From Eledone cirrhosa (lineage: Eukaryota): a stretch of 64,000 nucleotides of DNA. How positions within the stretch are numbered: the stretch's first letter is position 1; each line of letters opens with the position of its first letter. The translations under genes and the position numbers were made by a program. Shown one piece after another: positions 51,066-64,000 of the stretch. Under the pieces are notes generated by a model that saw only the letters and a list, made by a program, of their open reading frames with translations, searched no databases and was not told where the DNA came from. The DNA lies in contig OZ024741.1 of assembly GCA_964016885.1 (NCBI GenBank), positions 317,378,001 through 317,442,000 on the forward strand, given 5' to 3'.

Positions 51066-53642
51066 TCTCCTACACTACAACAAAAACATACGAAATAAGT
51101 GAGGGTACCCTTGAGACTGTGATAGGAAAACTCCAAGATAAGAAAACACCAGGAAGAGACATGATTGTCGGCTACTGGTACAAAAAACTAATATTCTATC
51201 GGAGGTATCTTACTGACCTCTACCAACAAGTTCTTAGGGGAGATATACTTATACCAGAATGGTTGACATTAGCACAAACGTTACTGGTCCCCAAGAACAA
51301 AGACACCCACTTGGCAAAAAACTACCGACCCATTGCATGCCAGAACCTGATGTATAAGATGTATACAGCCTGCCTGAACCTATTATACAAGATCACTGTG
51401 AAAATAATAACATCATCACAGATGAACAAGCAGCTGGAAAGAAAGGGGTTTGGGGATGTGCTGAACAACTCCTAATCAACAAAACTGCGATGTCGGAGGG
51501 GCGACAACTTAGGAGGAATATGGCTACAGTCTGGCTGGACTACAGGAAAGCTTTCGATTCTGTTCCCCACTCTTGGATGATAAAGGCCCTCCAACTTGCT
51601 AAAGTCCCAGACATTATTGTCAGAGCCATAGAGAGGCTGTCTTCTTCTTGGGCTACTATCCTAAGGTTAAATACAGAGAGGGAGGACTCTATTTTCACTG
51701 ATAAAATACAATATCGCAGGGGTATATTTCAGGGGGACAGTCTCTCTGTGATATTGTTCATCTTGTCATTAAACCCTTGTCCTTTCTGCTCAAGAAATGT
51801 GAGGGATACATCATTGGCTCAGAGGAGAACAAAAATACGAACCTAACCCATAACTTCTTTGTGGACGATCTGAAACTCTATGCCAAGAACATGGATGGGA
51901 TGAAGAAAAAGCTTGACCTGGTTAAAACGTTCTCAAAGGATATAGGAATGGAGTTTGGCCAAGATAAATGCTCATACATGACTGTAAAGCGGCGAAAACA
52001 ACAACCCAATCTAGCAACATTGTCATCAATGGTCTAACTGTTTCACCGATATCTGATGAGGACTGCTACAGATACCTGGGGATAGATGAGAACATATCCT
52101 ATAATGATATCTGTAATAAAGAACGCGTAACCAGGGAATACTACACCCGATTAAGAAAGATCTGGTCATCGGAACTCTCTGCGCAAAACAAAACAGTGGC
52201 TCACAATGTGTTTGCTGTGCCTGTCCTAACACCAACGTTTGGAATACTCAATTGGACGATAGACGAAATCCGAGCAGTTGATGTTGGAACTCGAAAAATA
52301 CTGAACAACACCGGAAACTTCCACATCAACAGTGACATAGACCGCCTTTACTTGAAACGTAAACAGGGAGGCAGAGGCCTAACATCAGTCCAGACAACAT
52401 TTGAATGTCGCATCATATCTCTCCGACAACATCTACGAACCTCGCAGCGTAGGAGCCCGCTTCTCGAGCAAGTCTATCTACATGAAACAGATGAGAGTTG
52501 GGAAGGAACTCCTTGAGAGATATTCCCTGTGTGATAATCAAAAACTCATACCCAGGGTTGTCGCTCAGCAGTATCGCAGTGAATCCATGGATGAAAAACT
52601 GCATGCCTATCAGCAAAAAATCATGCATGGATATGTTGCCAGGAAGCTCCAGTGTGAGAGTAATATAGATAAGGAAAGTAGTCTGTCTTAGACCAACAAC
52701 CGCTATATTGGCTCCCACTTTGAAGGATACGCTTTTGCAATCCAAGAACAGGAGATTAGCACGAAATACTTGATTCACAAAAGAGATAGGGATGCAGGCA
52801 AAACACCTAGATGTGATAACAAGTGCAGACTCTGCAGAACTAACATCGAGGATATCACCCATGTCATCAGCAGCTGTCCAAAGATGTCATCGCGGTACTA
52901 TCTACCTATGAGGCATGATGTAGTGGCCAAAACACTGTACAATGCAGTTCGTAAAAAAGATGGCCCCAATAATAAACACATTAAAAGCTACAGCATTGCG
53001 GAAGATATCCATTACATAATATGAAAGAGTACTGGTGGAATGTTCCAGTAAAAACCCCAATAAAATGCAGGCATAACACCAGATATTATGATATGGGACA
53101 GGGAGAAGAAAACATGCACAGTAGTGGAAATTAGCTGCCCAGCAGATGCCAATATAATATCAAAGATTAGTGAAAAGGAGAATATTTATGCAGAACTGAT
53201 GAGAAATCTGCAGATACTCCAATCTGATTATACCTTCAGATTTATGCCTGTGATTATTGGGGAACTGGGGTATGTTATTAACTGCCTCAATACAAATCTT
53301 GAGAAGCTAGGCTTCACAGGAACAGAAAGAACTCAACTAGTTAGGAAACTACAAGTACAATCCATTAATGGAACAGTAAAAATATGTAAAACATTCCAAA
53401 AATTTTGCATCTAATAACTGCATATACACATGTAGAGATACAAAGCATATACACATGCACACATACAACTCAAAACATACACATCCACACATACAATCAC
53501 ATCCATATCTACACATGCAAACATTCATATATATCTACCTAGTTGATGTTGTGTAAATTCCAATGAGAGAGTCTTGTGTCTATGTTAGAAACCGACTCTC
53601 TCTCTATTGGTAAAACTTTGTGATATTATAAAACCAGAAGAA
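51066..53642 (+). mobile_element. 5'-truncated R4/Dong-clade non-LTR retrotransposon (RT, CCHC, restriction-like endonuclease), frameshifted
   Basis: KTPGRD; NYRPIAC; WLDYRKAFDSVPHSW; RGIFQGDSLS; FVDDLKLY; GGRGL; CRLC..E.I.H..S.C..RHD; PDIMIWD..VEISCP..KE; (CATA)n on both sides. Confidence 0.92.
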
Positions 53643-53692
53643 CATACATACATACATACATACATACATACATACATACATACATACATACA

Positions 53693-53724
<32 letters not shown>

Positions 53725-53984
53725 GCACAACCAACACTTTAGTTCCAGATTATTAGTTCACTCCACTCGCAACCACTTCTGAGTGGCATCGGTGTAACAG
53801 TTCTCACCATCACTACCACAACCACCACCACCACCACCATTGTCATACCCTCTACTACAACACTACCACCCTCTACCACCACCCTCATCACTACTGCTAC
53901 CACCACTATCAAACCCGGCACCACCACAACCGCTACTTTACCACCACCACCACCACCACCACTACTATACCACTACCACCATCA

Positions 53985-56900
53985 TCACCACCACAACTAA
54001 CACAACCTCTACCGCAACAACCACCACCACCATAACCACCACAACCACCACCACCACGACCACAACTAACACAACCTTTACCGCAACTACCACCACCACC
54101 ACTACGGCCACCACCACTACCACCACTACCACCACCACCACAACTAACACAACCTCTACCGCAACAACCACCACAACCACTACTGCCACCACCACCACTA
54201 CCACCACTACCACTACCACCCCAACTAACACAACCTCTACCGCAACTACCACCACCACCACCACTACCACCACTACTACCACCACTACCACTGTCATCAC
54301 AACTAACACAACCTCTACCGCAACTACCACTACCACCACTACTACCACCACCACTACAACCACTACCACCACCACCACAACTAACACAACCTCTACCGCA
54401 ACTACCACCACCACCACTACTGCCACCACCACTACCACCACTACCACTACCACCAGAACTAACACAACCTCTACCGGAACTACCACCACCGCCACCACTA
54501 CCACCACCACTACCACCACTACCACCACCACTACAACTAACACAACCTCTACCGCAACAACCACCACCACCACAACCACCACCACTACTACCACCACTAC
54601 CACCACCACCACAACTAACACAACCTCTACCGCAACTACCACCACCACCACTACTACCACCTCTACTACCACCACTACCACCACCACCACAACTAACACA
54701 ACCTCTACCGCAACTACCACCACCACTACTACCACCACCACCACTACCACCACCACCGCCACTACCACCACTACCACCACCACCACTACAACTAACACAA
54801 CCTCTACCGCAACTAACACCACCACCACCACTACCACCACTACTACCACCACTACCACCACCACCACAACTAACACAACCTCTACCGCAACTACCACCAC
54901 CACCACTACTACCACCTCTACTACCACCACTACCACCACCACCACAACTAACACAACCTCTACCGCAACTACCACCACCACCACTACTACCACCTCTACT
55001 ACCACCACTACCACCACCACCACAACTAACACAACCTCTACCGCAACTACTGCCACCACCACCTCTACTACCACCACTACCACCACCACCATAACTAACA
55101 CAACCTCTACCGCAACTACCACCACCACTACTACCACCACCACTACCACCACCACCGCCACTACCACCACTACCACCACCACCACTACAACTAACACAAC
55201 CTCTACCGCAACTACCACCACCACCACCACTACCACCACTACTACCACCACTACCACAACTAACACAACCTCTACCGCAACTACTACCACCACCACCTCT
55301 ACTACCACCACTACCACCACCACCATAACTAACACAACCTCTACCGCAACTACCACCACCACTACCACCACCACCGCCACTACCACCACTACCACCACCA
55401 CCACTACAACTAACACAACCTCTACCGCAACTACCACCACCACCACCACTACCACCACTACTACCACCACTACCACAACTAACACAACCTCTACCGCAAC
55501 TACCACCACCACCACTACCACCTCTACTACCACCACTACCACCACCACTACAACTAACACAACCTCTACCGCAACTACCACCACCACCACTACTACCACC
55601 TCTACTACCACCACTACCACCACCACTACAACTAACACAACCTCTACCGCAACTACCACCACCACCACTACTACCACCTCTACTACCACCACTACCACCA
55701 CCACCACAACTAACACAACCTCTACCGCAACTACCACCACCACCACTACTGCCACCACCACTACCACCACTACCACCACCACTACCACCACTACTACCAC
55801 CACTACCACCACCACTACAACTAACACAACCTCGACCGCAACTACCACCACCACCACTACTGCCACCACCACTACCACCACTACCACCACCACGACCACA
55901 ACTAACACAACCTCTACCGCAACTACCACCACCGCCACCACTACCACCACCACTACCACCACTACCACCACCACTACAACTAACACAACCTCTTCCGCAA
56001 CTACCACCACCACCACCACTACCACCACTACTACCACCTCTACTACCACCACCACCACAACTAACACAACCTCTACCGCAACTACCACCACCACTACCAC
56101 CACCACCGCCACTACCACCACTACCACCACCACTACAACTAACACAACCTCTTCCGCAACTACCACCACCACCACCACTACCACCACTACTACCACCACT
56201 ACCACCACCACTACAACTAACACAACCTCTTCCGCAACTACCACCACCACCACCACTACCACCACTACTACCACCACTACCACCACCACTACAACTAACA
56301 CAACCTCTACCGCAACTACCACCACCACCACTACTACCACCTCTACTACCACCACTACCACCACCACCACAACTAACACAACCTCTACCGCAACTACCAC
56401 CACCACCACTACTACTACCACCTCTACTACCACCACCACCACAACTAACACAACCTCTACCGCAACTACCACCACCACTACTACCACCACCACCACTACC
56501 ACCACCACCGCCACTACCACCACTACCACCACCACCACTACAACTAACACAACCTCTACCGCAACTACCACCACCACCACCACTACCACCACTACTACCA
56601 CCACTACCACAACTAACACAACCTCTACCGCAACTACCACCACCACCACTACTACCACCTCTACTACCACCACTACCACCACCACTACAACTAACACAAC
56701 CTCTACAGCAACTACCACCACCACCACTACTACCACCTCTACTACCACCACTACCACCACCACTACAACTAACACAACCTCTACCGCAACTACCACCACC
56801 ACCACTACTACCACCTCTACTACCACCACCACCACCACCACTACAACTAACACAACCTCTACCGCAACTACCACCACCACCACAACTAACACAACCTCTA

Positions 56901-57095
56901 CCGCAACTACCACCACCACCACAACTAACACAACCTCTACCGCAACTACCACCACCACCACTACTAGCACCACTACCACCACTACTACCACCACAACCAC
57001 CACCACAACTACCACCACTACTACCACCACAACCACCACCACAACTACCACCACTACTACCACCACAACCACCACCACAACTACCACCACCGCCA
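53985..57095. repeat. Higher-order minisatellite: ACAACTAACACAACCTCTACCGCAACT anchors separated by variable (ACC/ACT)n
   Basis: Dozens of near-identical anchors; open as poly-Thr (+) and poly-Val (-). Confidence 0.9.
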
Positions 57096-57397
57096 CGATA
57101 TTCATAATGGATACCTCTGTTTCATCAATGGTCAATATATATTAATCGATATCGACACAGGGTGTGGTGGTGGGTGGACATGTGTGTGTGTTTTGTATGT
57201 CGGGGTATGAGCATGTGTGTGTGTCTGTGTGTGTGTGTATATTTTCTCTGTGCGTTTATGTATACGGGGTGTGTTTGTATGCTTAAGATTGTGTGTGTAT
57301 GCGTGTGCTTCTGTGTGTGTGTGTGTGTATGTGTCTGTATGCGCGTATGTTTGTGTGTTTAAATTTGTGCGTATGTTTCTTTGTGTGTGTATATGTT

Positions 57398-57466
<69 letters not shown>

Positions 57467-58205
57467 CTATATGTGTGCGTTTCTGCGAGGGGGAGGGAAT
57501 TCTGTGTTGGGTATGTACTTGTGTTTTCAGTTTGTGTGCGTGTGTTTATGTGTATGGGTGTGTGTGTGTGTGTGTGTGAGTTTACGTGTATATGTATGTG
57601 TGTGTGTGTCTTTATGTGTATATGTATGTGTGTGTGTGTTTCAGATTTTGTCTGCTTGAAAGAAAAAAACAGTTGAAAAGTGGTGGCGAATAGTAGAGAG
57701 GAGGGGGCAATAGTGGGGGGGGGGTAGTGGAGAGAGGGGTGGCGAAGAGTGGGGAGAGGGGTGGTGAAGAGTAGAGAGAGGGTGGTGAAGAAAAGGAGAA
57801 GAGAGAATAAATAAATAGGTAGATAGCCAGCAATGTATGTATGTATGTATGTATGCATGTGTGTGTGTATGTATGTGTGTGTGTGTGTGTACGTATGTAT
57901 GTGTGTATGTATGTATGTATGTATGTATGGATGGATGTGTGTATGTATGTGTGTATGTATGTATGTATGTATGTATGTATGTGTGTGTGTGTATGTATGT
58001 ATGTATGGATGGATGTGTGTATGTATGTGTGTGTGCCTGTATGAATATATGGATAGATGTATGGATGATGGCTGGATATTGATTGGTAGGCAAGTAGCTA
58101 GCTAGCTAGGTATATAGGTAGGTGGGTGGGTAGGTGGGTAGGAGGGTAGGTAGGTAGGTAGGTAGGTAGGTAGGTAGGAAGGTAGGTAGGTAGGTAGATA
58201 GGTAA

Positions 58206-59140
58206 CTTTCTTTTTATTTGCCACCAGGGCATCAAAAGTGGGACAAGTACAAAGGGGGGAGTTTACATAACAAGGCGTCCTCAATAAGGAGGAGGCAATA
58301 ACAATATATAAAAATAAAATACAATATAAACAAAATAAATTTTATAACAAAATCCTCCATAGGGAGGAGACGCCTTAGGGGGTCACACACACCCCCGAAA
58401 AAAGTGTGCAACCCTTCTCCTCGGGAGCACAGAGAGGGGGTGCCCTTGGTCTTTCATCTTCCTCACCTATAGTCTGATGTAGAGTGAAGGCCCATTCACA
58501 CGGGCCATTCTCGCCACTTTCACCCATCTTTCATAAAAACGACTGGGGTGCAGCACCTCTCTCTCCATCCTGATCCTTCTTCCGAAATGATATCGGAAGA
58601 AACGGACCAGTTGTTGGCCAGAGAGAAAGGTGTCTGACCTCAGTCCTTTCAGACGCGTCCACCATACAACCTCTTTCGCCATGGCTATTACGCACAGAAA
58701 CACCGCCTCTCCTTCGTTTTTGAAGAGGGGGGGGGGGCTTGATCGTTACAATAGACTCGGTGGTCAACCGGATCGGTCCCACCCTTGACAGCAGTTGTTC
58801 GACATAGCCCCACAGATCGGCAATACCCGAGCAGTTTACCAATGCGTGTGCAACGGTTTTCTCGTCGCACACGCATCTGGGACTGATCTTTTTCGAGGGG
58901 TCCCTACCCGTGCGCCCGTGTCTGTAGAGCCTTTCTCGAACGGGCAGAGCTCTTCGGTAGCACTGCCAGGCCAGGAACCTCTGGAAGTTATCCATGGGTC
59001 CCGGGCTGAATGTCCTACCGAACAGGTTGGCCAGTTCGTCTTCCTCCATGCCTAGAGCTTCTCCGAGGGCGTCGTCGCACCTGCTAACCACCAGCCCTCT
59101 ATAGAATGACGAGGTGGATTCTCCACTGACAGCCGGGTCC
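58206..59140 (-). mobile_element. 5'-truncated Tx1-like LINE
   Basis: [30 protein letters not shown]; (GTAG)n on both sides. Confidence 0.88.
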
Positions 59141-59584
59141 GTAGGTAGGTCAGTAGGTGGGTAGGTGGGGTGGTGGGTAGGTGGGTAGGTAGGTAGGTAG
59201 GTAGGTAGGTAGGTAGGTAGGTGAGTAGGTGGGGTGGTGGGTAGGTGGGTAGGTGGGTAGGTAGGTAGGTAGGTAGGTAGGTAGGTAGGTGTGCAAGTAG
59301 GTAGGTAGGTAGGTAGGTAGGTAGGTAGGTAGGTAGGTAGGTAGGTAGGTAGGTAGGTAGGTAAGTAGGTAGGTAGGTAGGTAGAGTGGTAGGTAGGATA
59401 GTAGGGTGGTAGTAGTAGCAGGGTCGAAAGAGAGGCCCACTCCGGGTTACGCCCCAGGTAGACACATGGGTACGAGGACAGGTAGACAAGGAACATATAT
59501 ATTTATGCGTGTGTGAATTAGATATGATAGGAAAAGGCCCCAATAAAAGTAGAATATATTATATTTATTATATTACTGAAATTA

Positions 59585-60176
59585 TTGGTAGAGGGTTGGA
59601 CGCCATGTTTTGCAGCATGGAGTTACGGCCCTTTATGATCTGAGTTCAAATCCCGACGAGGTTAACTTTGCCTTTCATCCTTACAGGATCGGTTAAATAA
59701 AGTACCAGTCACGCACTGGGTCGATTTAATCGACTTTCCCCCTCCCCCAAAATTGCTGGCCTTGTGCCTATATAAGAAACCATTATATTAATTGGCAGTA
59801 TCGGTAGAGGGTCGGACGCCATGCTTTCCAGCATAGTTACGTCCCTTTACGGTCTGAGTTCAAATCCCGCCGAGGTTAACTTTGCCTTTCATCCTTACGG
59901 GAGTCGATAAAATAAAGTACCAGTAATGTACTGGTTAATTGCTGGCCTTGTGCCAAATGTAGAAACGATTATATTTCTGAAATTAAGGGTGGTGGATTGG
60001 CAGTATCGGTAGAGGGTAGGACGCCATGCTTTGCAGCAAAGAGTTACGGCCTTTTACGGTCTGTGTTCAAATCCCGCCGAGGTTAACTTTGCCTTTCATC
60101 CTTACGAGGTCGATAAAATAAAGTACCAGTAATACAGTGATATAATTGCTGGCCTTGTGCCAAAAGTAGAAACAAT
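59585..60176 (+). mobile_element. Three tandem tRNA-derived SINEs
   Basis: Copies at ~59585, 59790 and 59987; TSD-like ATTATATTTCTGAAATTA at 59968 and 60175. Confidence 0.88.
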
Positions 60177-60274
60177 TATATTTCTGAAATTACTCTCTGT
60201 TGTAACTCTGAGTTTCGCGGATTGTCATTGACCATGTCATAAGGGAAACCCAGAGAGCAATTTCTGTCATGTAA

Positions 60275-60389
60275 TATGTGTGTGTGTGCGTGTGTGTGTG
60301 TGTGTAGGGTTTATTTCTGGATATATTCATGTGTGTGTGTGCTGCAATGCATGTATGTGTATGTGTTTGTTTGTGTGTGTTTGTGTGTG

Positions 60390-60422
<33 letters not shown>

Positions 60423-61190
60423 ATTTCTGTGAGGTGTATTTCTGTATATATACATATGTGTGTGCTGCATGTGTGTGTGTGAGTTTGTGTCTGTGAGCGT
60501 GTGTGTGTATGTGTGTGTGTGTGTGTGTGTGTATAGTATATTTCTGTATATATACATATGTGTGTGTGCTGCGTGTATGTGTGTGAGTGTGAGAGTGTGT
60601 GTATGGTATATTTCTGTATATATACATATGTGTGTGTGCTGCATTGCATGTATGTGTATGTGTTTGTTTGCGCGTGTGTGTGTACGTGTGTGTGTGCATT
60701 TCTGTGTGGTGTATTTCTGTATATATACATAGGTGTGTGCTGCATGTGTGTGATTGAGCGTGTGTGTGTGTGAGCCCGCGCACGTGTGTGTGTGTGAGTG
60801 TGTGTGAGCGTGTGAGCGCGTGTGTGTGTGTGTGGTATATTTCTGTATATATACATATGTGTGTGTGCTGCATTGCATGTATGTGTGTGTGTTTGTTTGT
60901 GTGTGTGTATGTGTGTGTGCGTATTTCTGTGTCGTGTATTTCTGTATATATACATAGGTGTGTGCTGCATGTGTGTGATTGAGCGTGTGTGTGTGAGCCC
61001 GCGCACCTGTGTGGGTGTGAGCGCACGCGCGTGTGTGTATGGTGTGGTGTGTGTGTGTGTGTGTGCGTGGTGTGTGTGTGGTGAGTGTGTGCGTGTGTGT
61101 GTGAGCGCGCGCACGTGGGATTGTGTGTGTGTGTGAGCGCACGCGCGTGTGTGTATGGTGTGGTGTGTGTGTGTTGTGTGTTGTGTGTGC
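60275..61190. repeat. Compound (TG)n minisatellite with recurring TATTTCTGTATATATACAT.GTGTGTGCTGCAT
   Basis: Anchor repeated about six times among TG runs. Confidence 0.8.
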
Positions 61191-61559
61191 GTGACATTAA
61201 TATAGAACAGATAGATTTTATACAAGCGTCATGTGATCCCGTTGGAATCAGCGCCGCCACGAGGCCTGTCAAGCATGCACCTAGTTCGCTGCTGCCTCTC
61301 ACCACCACCACCATACTACCACCACCACCACCACCACCACCACACTACCTCCTACCATCACTACTATACTGCTTCCCACCACTCCACCTTAGCTGGGACG
61401 TCACCTGCGCTCGTGCAACAGGTTCCATGAACTTTTACCTGGATCATACCTATTCTCCTCCTCCTCCTCCTTCTCCTCCGCCTTCTCCTCCGCCTTCTCC
61501 GCTTTCCTTCTTGTGTACAGTATCAGCACCACCAGCACCACTCCCATCACCTCCGTCAT

Positions 61560-62270
61560 TCCTCAGCACCGCCGCCATCACCAACCACCGCTGCTATCAC
61601 CACCACCATTCCCAGCACCATTTACCAAGCACCACTGCCATAACTCCACCTTTCCCACCACCACTGCAATCACCTCCACCACCACCAAACCCCCACCATC
61701 ACCACCACCACCACCATAACCACCACCACCACCGCCACCACCACCACCATCACCGCCACCACCACCAGCCCACCACCATCATCATCCCCTCCATCATCAT
61801 CATCATCATTATTAGCACCATCATCATCATCTTCATTAACACCACCAACACCACCACCACCACCACCACCACCACTATCACCACCACCACCATCATCACC
61901 ACCACCACCACCACCACCACCATCACCACCACCATCACCACCACCACCACCAGCACCATCACCACCACCACCACCACCACTATCACCACCAACACCATCA
62001 CCACCACCACCACCACCACCACCACTACTATCACCACCACCACCATCATCACCACCACCACCACCACCATCACCACCACCACCACTATCACCACCACCAC
62101 CATCATCACCACCATCATCACCACCACCACCACCACCACCATCACCACCACCACCACCACCACTATCACCACCACCATCACCACCACTATCACCACCACC
62201 ATCACCATCACCACCACCACCACCACCACCATCATCATCATCCTCATTACCACCACCATCATCATCATTA
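61560..62270. repeat. (ACC/ATC)n tract
   Basis: Simple repeat. Confidence 0.9.
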
Positions 62271-62409
62271 ACATATAGTGTCTTCTTCATCTCCTCTATG
62301 ATCGTCATGTGAAATCAATATTTATTTTAATATTAATATTCCTACATGCAAGTGTATTGACTTCGATGATGGTGTATTGTGTTACATTGTTTTACTTCTA
62401 AATGATAAT

Positions 62410-62581
62410 TGTTTCTACTTTAGGCCCAAGGCCAGCTATTACTCAGTACATTACTGGTACTTTATTTTATCGACCCCATAAGGATGAAAGGCAAAGTTAA
62501 CCTTGGCGGGATTTGAACTCAGACTGTAACTATGCTAGAAAGCATGGCGTCCAACCCTCTACCGATACTGCCAATTCACCG
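62410..62581 (-). mobile_element. tRNA-derived SINE with TSD
   Basis: Same family; CTAAATGATAAT at 62398 and 62582. Confidence 0.85.
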
Positions 62582-62715
62582 CTAAATGATAATATTCTAA
62601 ACACTGTGTCTATGGCATACAATATGTATATCTGTGTGTTTATATGATATATACGTGTGTTTTTATATATATATATATATATATATGGGTGTGTTTATAT
62701 AGACAGACAGATAGA

Positions 62716-64000
62716 TAAATTTCTTTATTAACCACAAGGGTACAAAAGAAGGGGACAAATACAAATGGAGAGTTTACAATATGGTATATGAAAATAAAAC
62801 TATTAATAAAATAACAAATAACAATTGATATCCCCAATAGGGGGAGGTGTTACACAGGGGTTGTACACACCCCGAAAAAATGTACAACCCTCATCTCCAG
62901 GAGCACCAAGTGTGAGTACTCCCTTCCTCTCTTCCTCTTTTTCCTCAACCTACAGGCTTATATAGAGAGAAAGCCCAACCACTCGGGCCATCTTTGCCAC
63001 ATTCACCCACCTTTTATCAAATTTGCTGGGGTACAGCACCTCTCTCTCCATCCTTATTCTTCTTCCAAAATGATATTTGTAAAAACGAATCAGTTGCTCG
63101 CCGAAGAGAAAGGTGTCTGACCTCAGCCCTTTTAACCTCGTCCACCATATAACCTCTTTCACCATAGCCATAACACAGAGGAAAACCGCCTCTCCATCGT
63201 TTTTGAAGGAGGGTGGCGGTTTGATCATGACAATGGACTCGGTGGTCAACCGGATTGGTCCCACCCGCGACAATAGTCGTTCTACATAGCCCCACAGGTC
63301 GGTAACGCCCGGGCAGTGAACAAATGCGTGCGCGACGGTTTCCTTGTCGCGCACGCATCTCGGACAGATCTATTTCGAAGGGTCCCTACCCGGGCGCCCG
63401 TGTCTGTAGAGCTTGTCTCGAGCTGGTAGAGTTCCTCGGTAGCACTGCCAGGCCAGGGACTTTTGGAAGTTGTCTATTGGTCCCGGGTGGAAGGTCCTAC
63501 CGAACAGACTGGCCAATTCGTCCTCCTCTACGCCTAGAGTTTCTTCGAACGTGTCGTCGCACTTGCTGCGGACCAACCCTCAATAGAATGTCGAAGTGGA
63601 ATCTCCACTGATCGCCGGGTCCGTTTGCCAGAGGACTGTGCGCGCCTGAGCACATTCGATGTGCCAGTCGCCCATTTTCCTCGGTTTTTGCTTGACCCAG
63701 GACTGCAGCTCCGTCAGCAAGACGAGTCGTGGGAAGATTCGCCTCACGAACGGGGCCCACACCAGTTCTCTGGTGAGGAATACGTGGAGGTGCCGCAGCC
63801 TGAGCGCGTGTTTGCGCAGCGTCAGCCACGACATCCCCAGCCCTCCGTTTGAAGGGTGATGGCAGCAGATGGATCTTCTCACCAAAGGAGCCCGTTTCTT
63901 CCAAAGGAATTGGAAGAGTGCGCGCTCCATTTTTGGTGAGCGTTTTGGCTGGACAAGGTACAACGGTCAAGCGGTAGTAGATGACGGACGCTATAAAAGT
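62716..64000 (-). mobile_element. Tx1-like LINE 3' part, continuing beyond the window
   Basis: CCHHPSNGGLG..LRKHALRLRHL; RDKETVAHAFVHCP; collinear with 21316-22555. Confidence 0.92.

Noticed and set aside
53985-57000. CRISPR-like repeat-spacer appearance
   Set aside because: Spacers are variable-length ACC/ACT runs rather than unique sequences; eukaryotic context and no cas genes

Overview
AT-rich, microsatellite-dense eukaryotic DNA with no recognisable intact host gene. The SINE types and the repeat landscape suggest an octopus/cephalopod-like genome, which is an inference. Almost all long ORFs in the track are artefacts of simple repeats. Real content: (i) one near full-length decayed Tx1/L1-type LINE plus truncated copies, mostly abutting (TAGA/TAGG)n; (ii) R4/Dong-type RLE LINEs, all sitting in (CATA)n; (iii) three Penelope-like (GIY-YIG) remnants, two with inverted pLTR-type arms; (iv) Tc1/mariner, RTE and I/Nimb-like remnants; (v) many tRNA-derived SINEs, often in tandem and with TSDs. 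The most striking signal is a set of unrelated non-coding elements in (TA)n tracts that each carry a type I hammerhead ribozyme with a short or palindromic stem III. These include 296-nt and 461-nt partial-tandem units that look like retrozymes (circRNA-templated elements). Several perfect fold-back palindromes may be footprints of the same Penelope-type integration mechanism. All folds were derived by eye and none has been tested.
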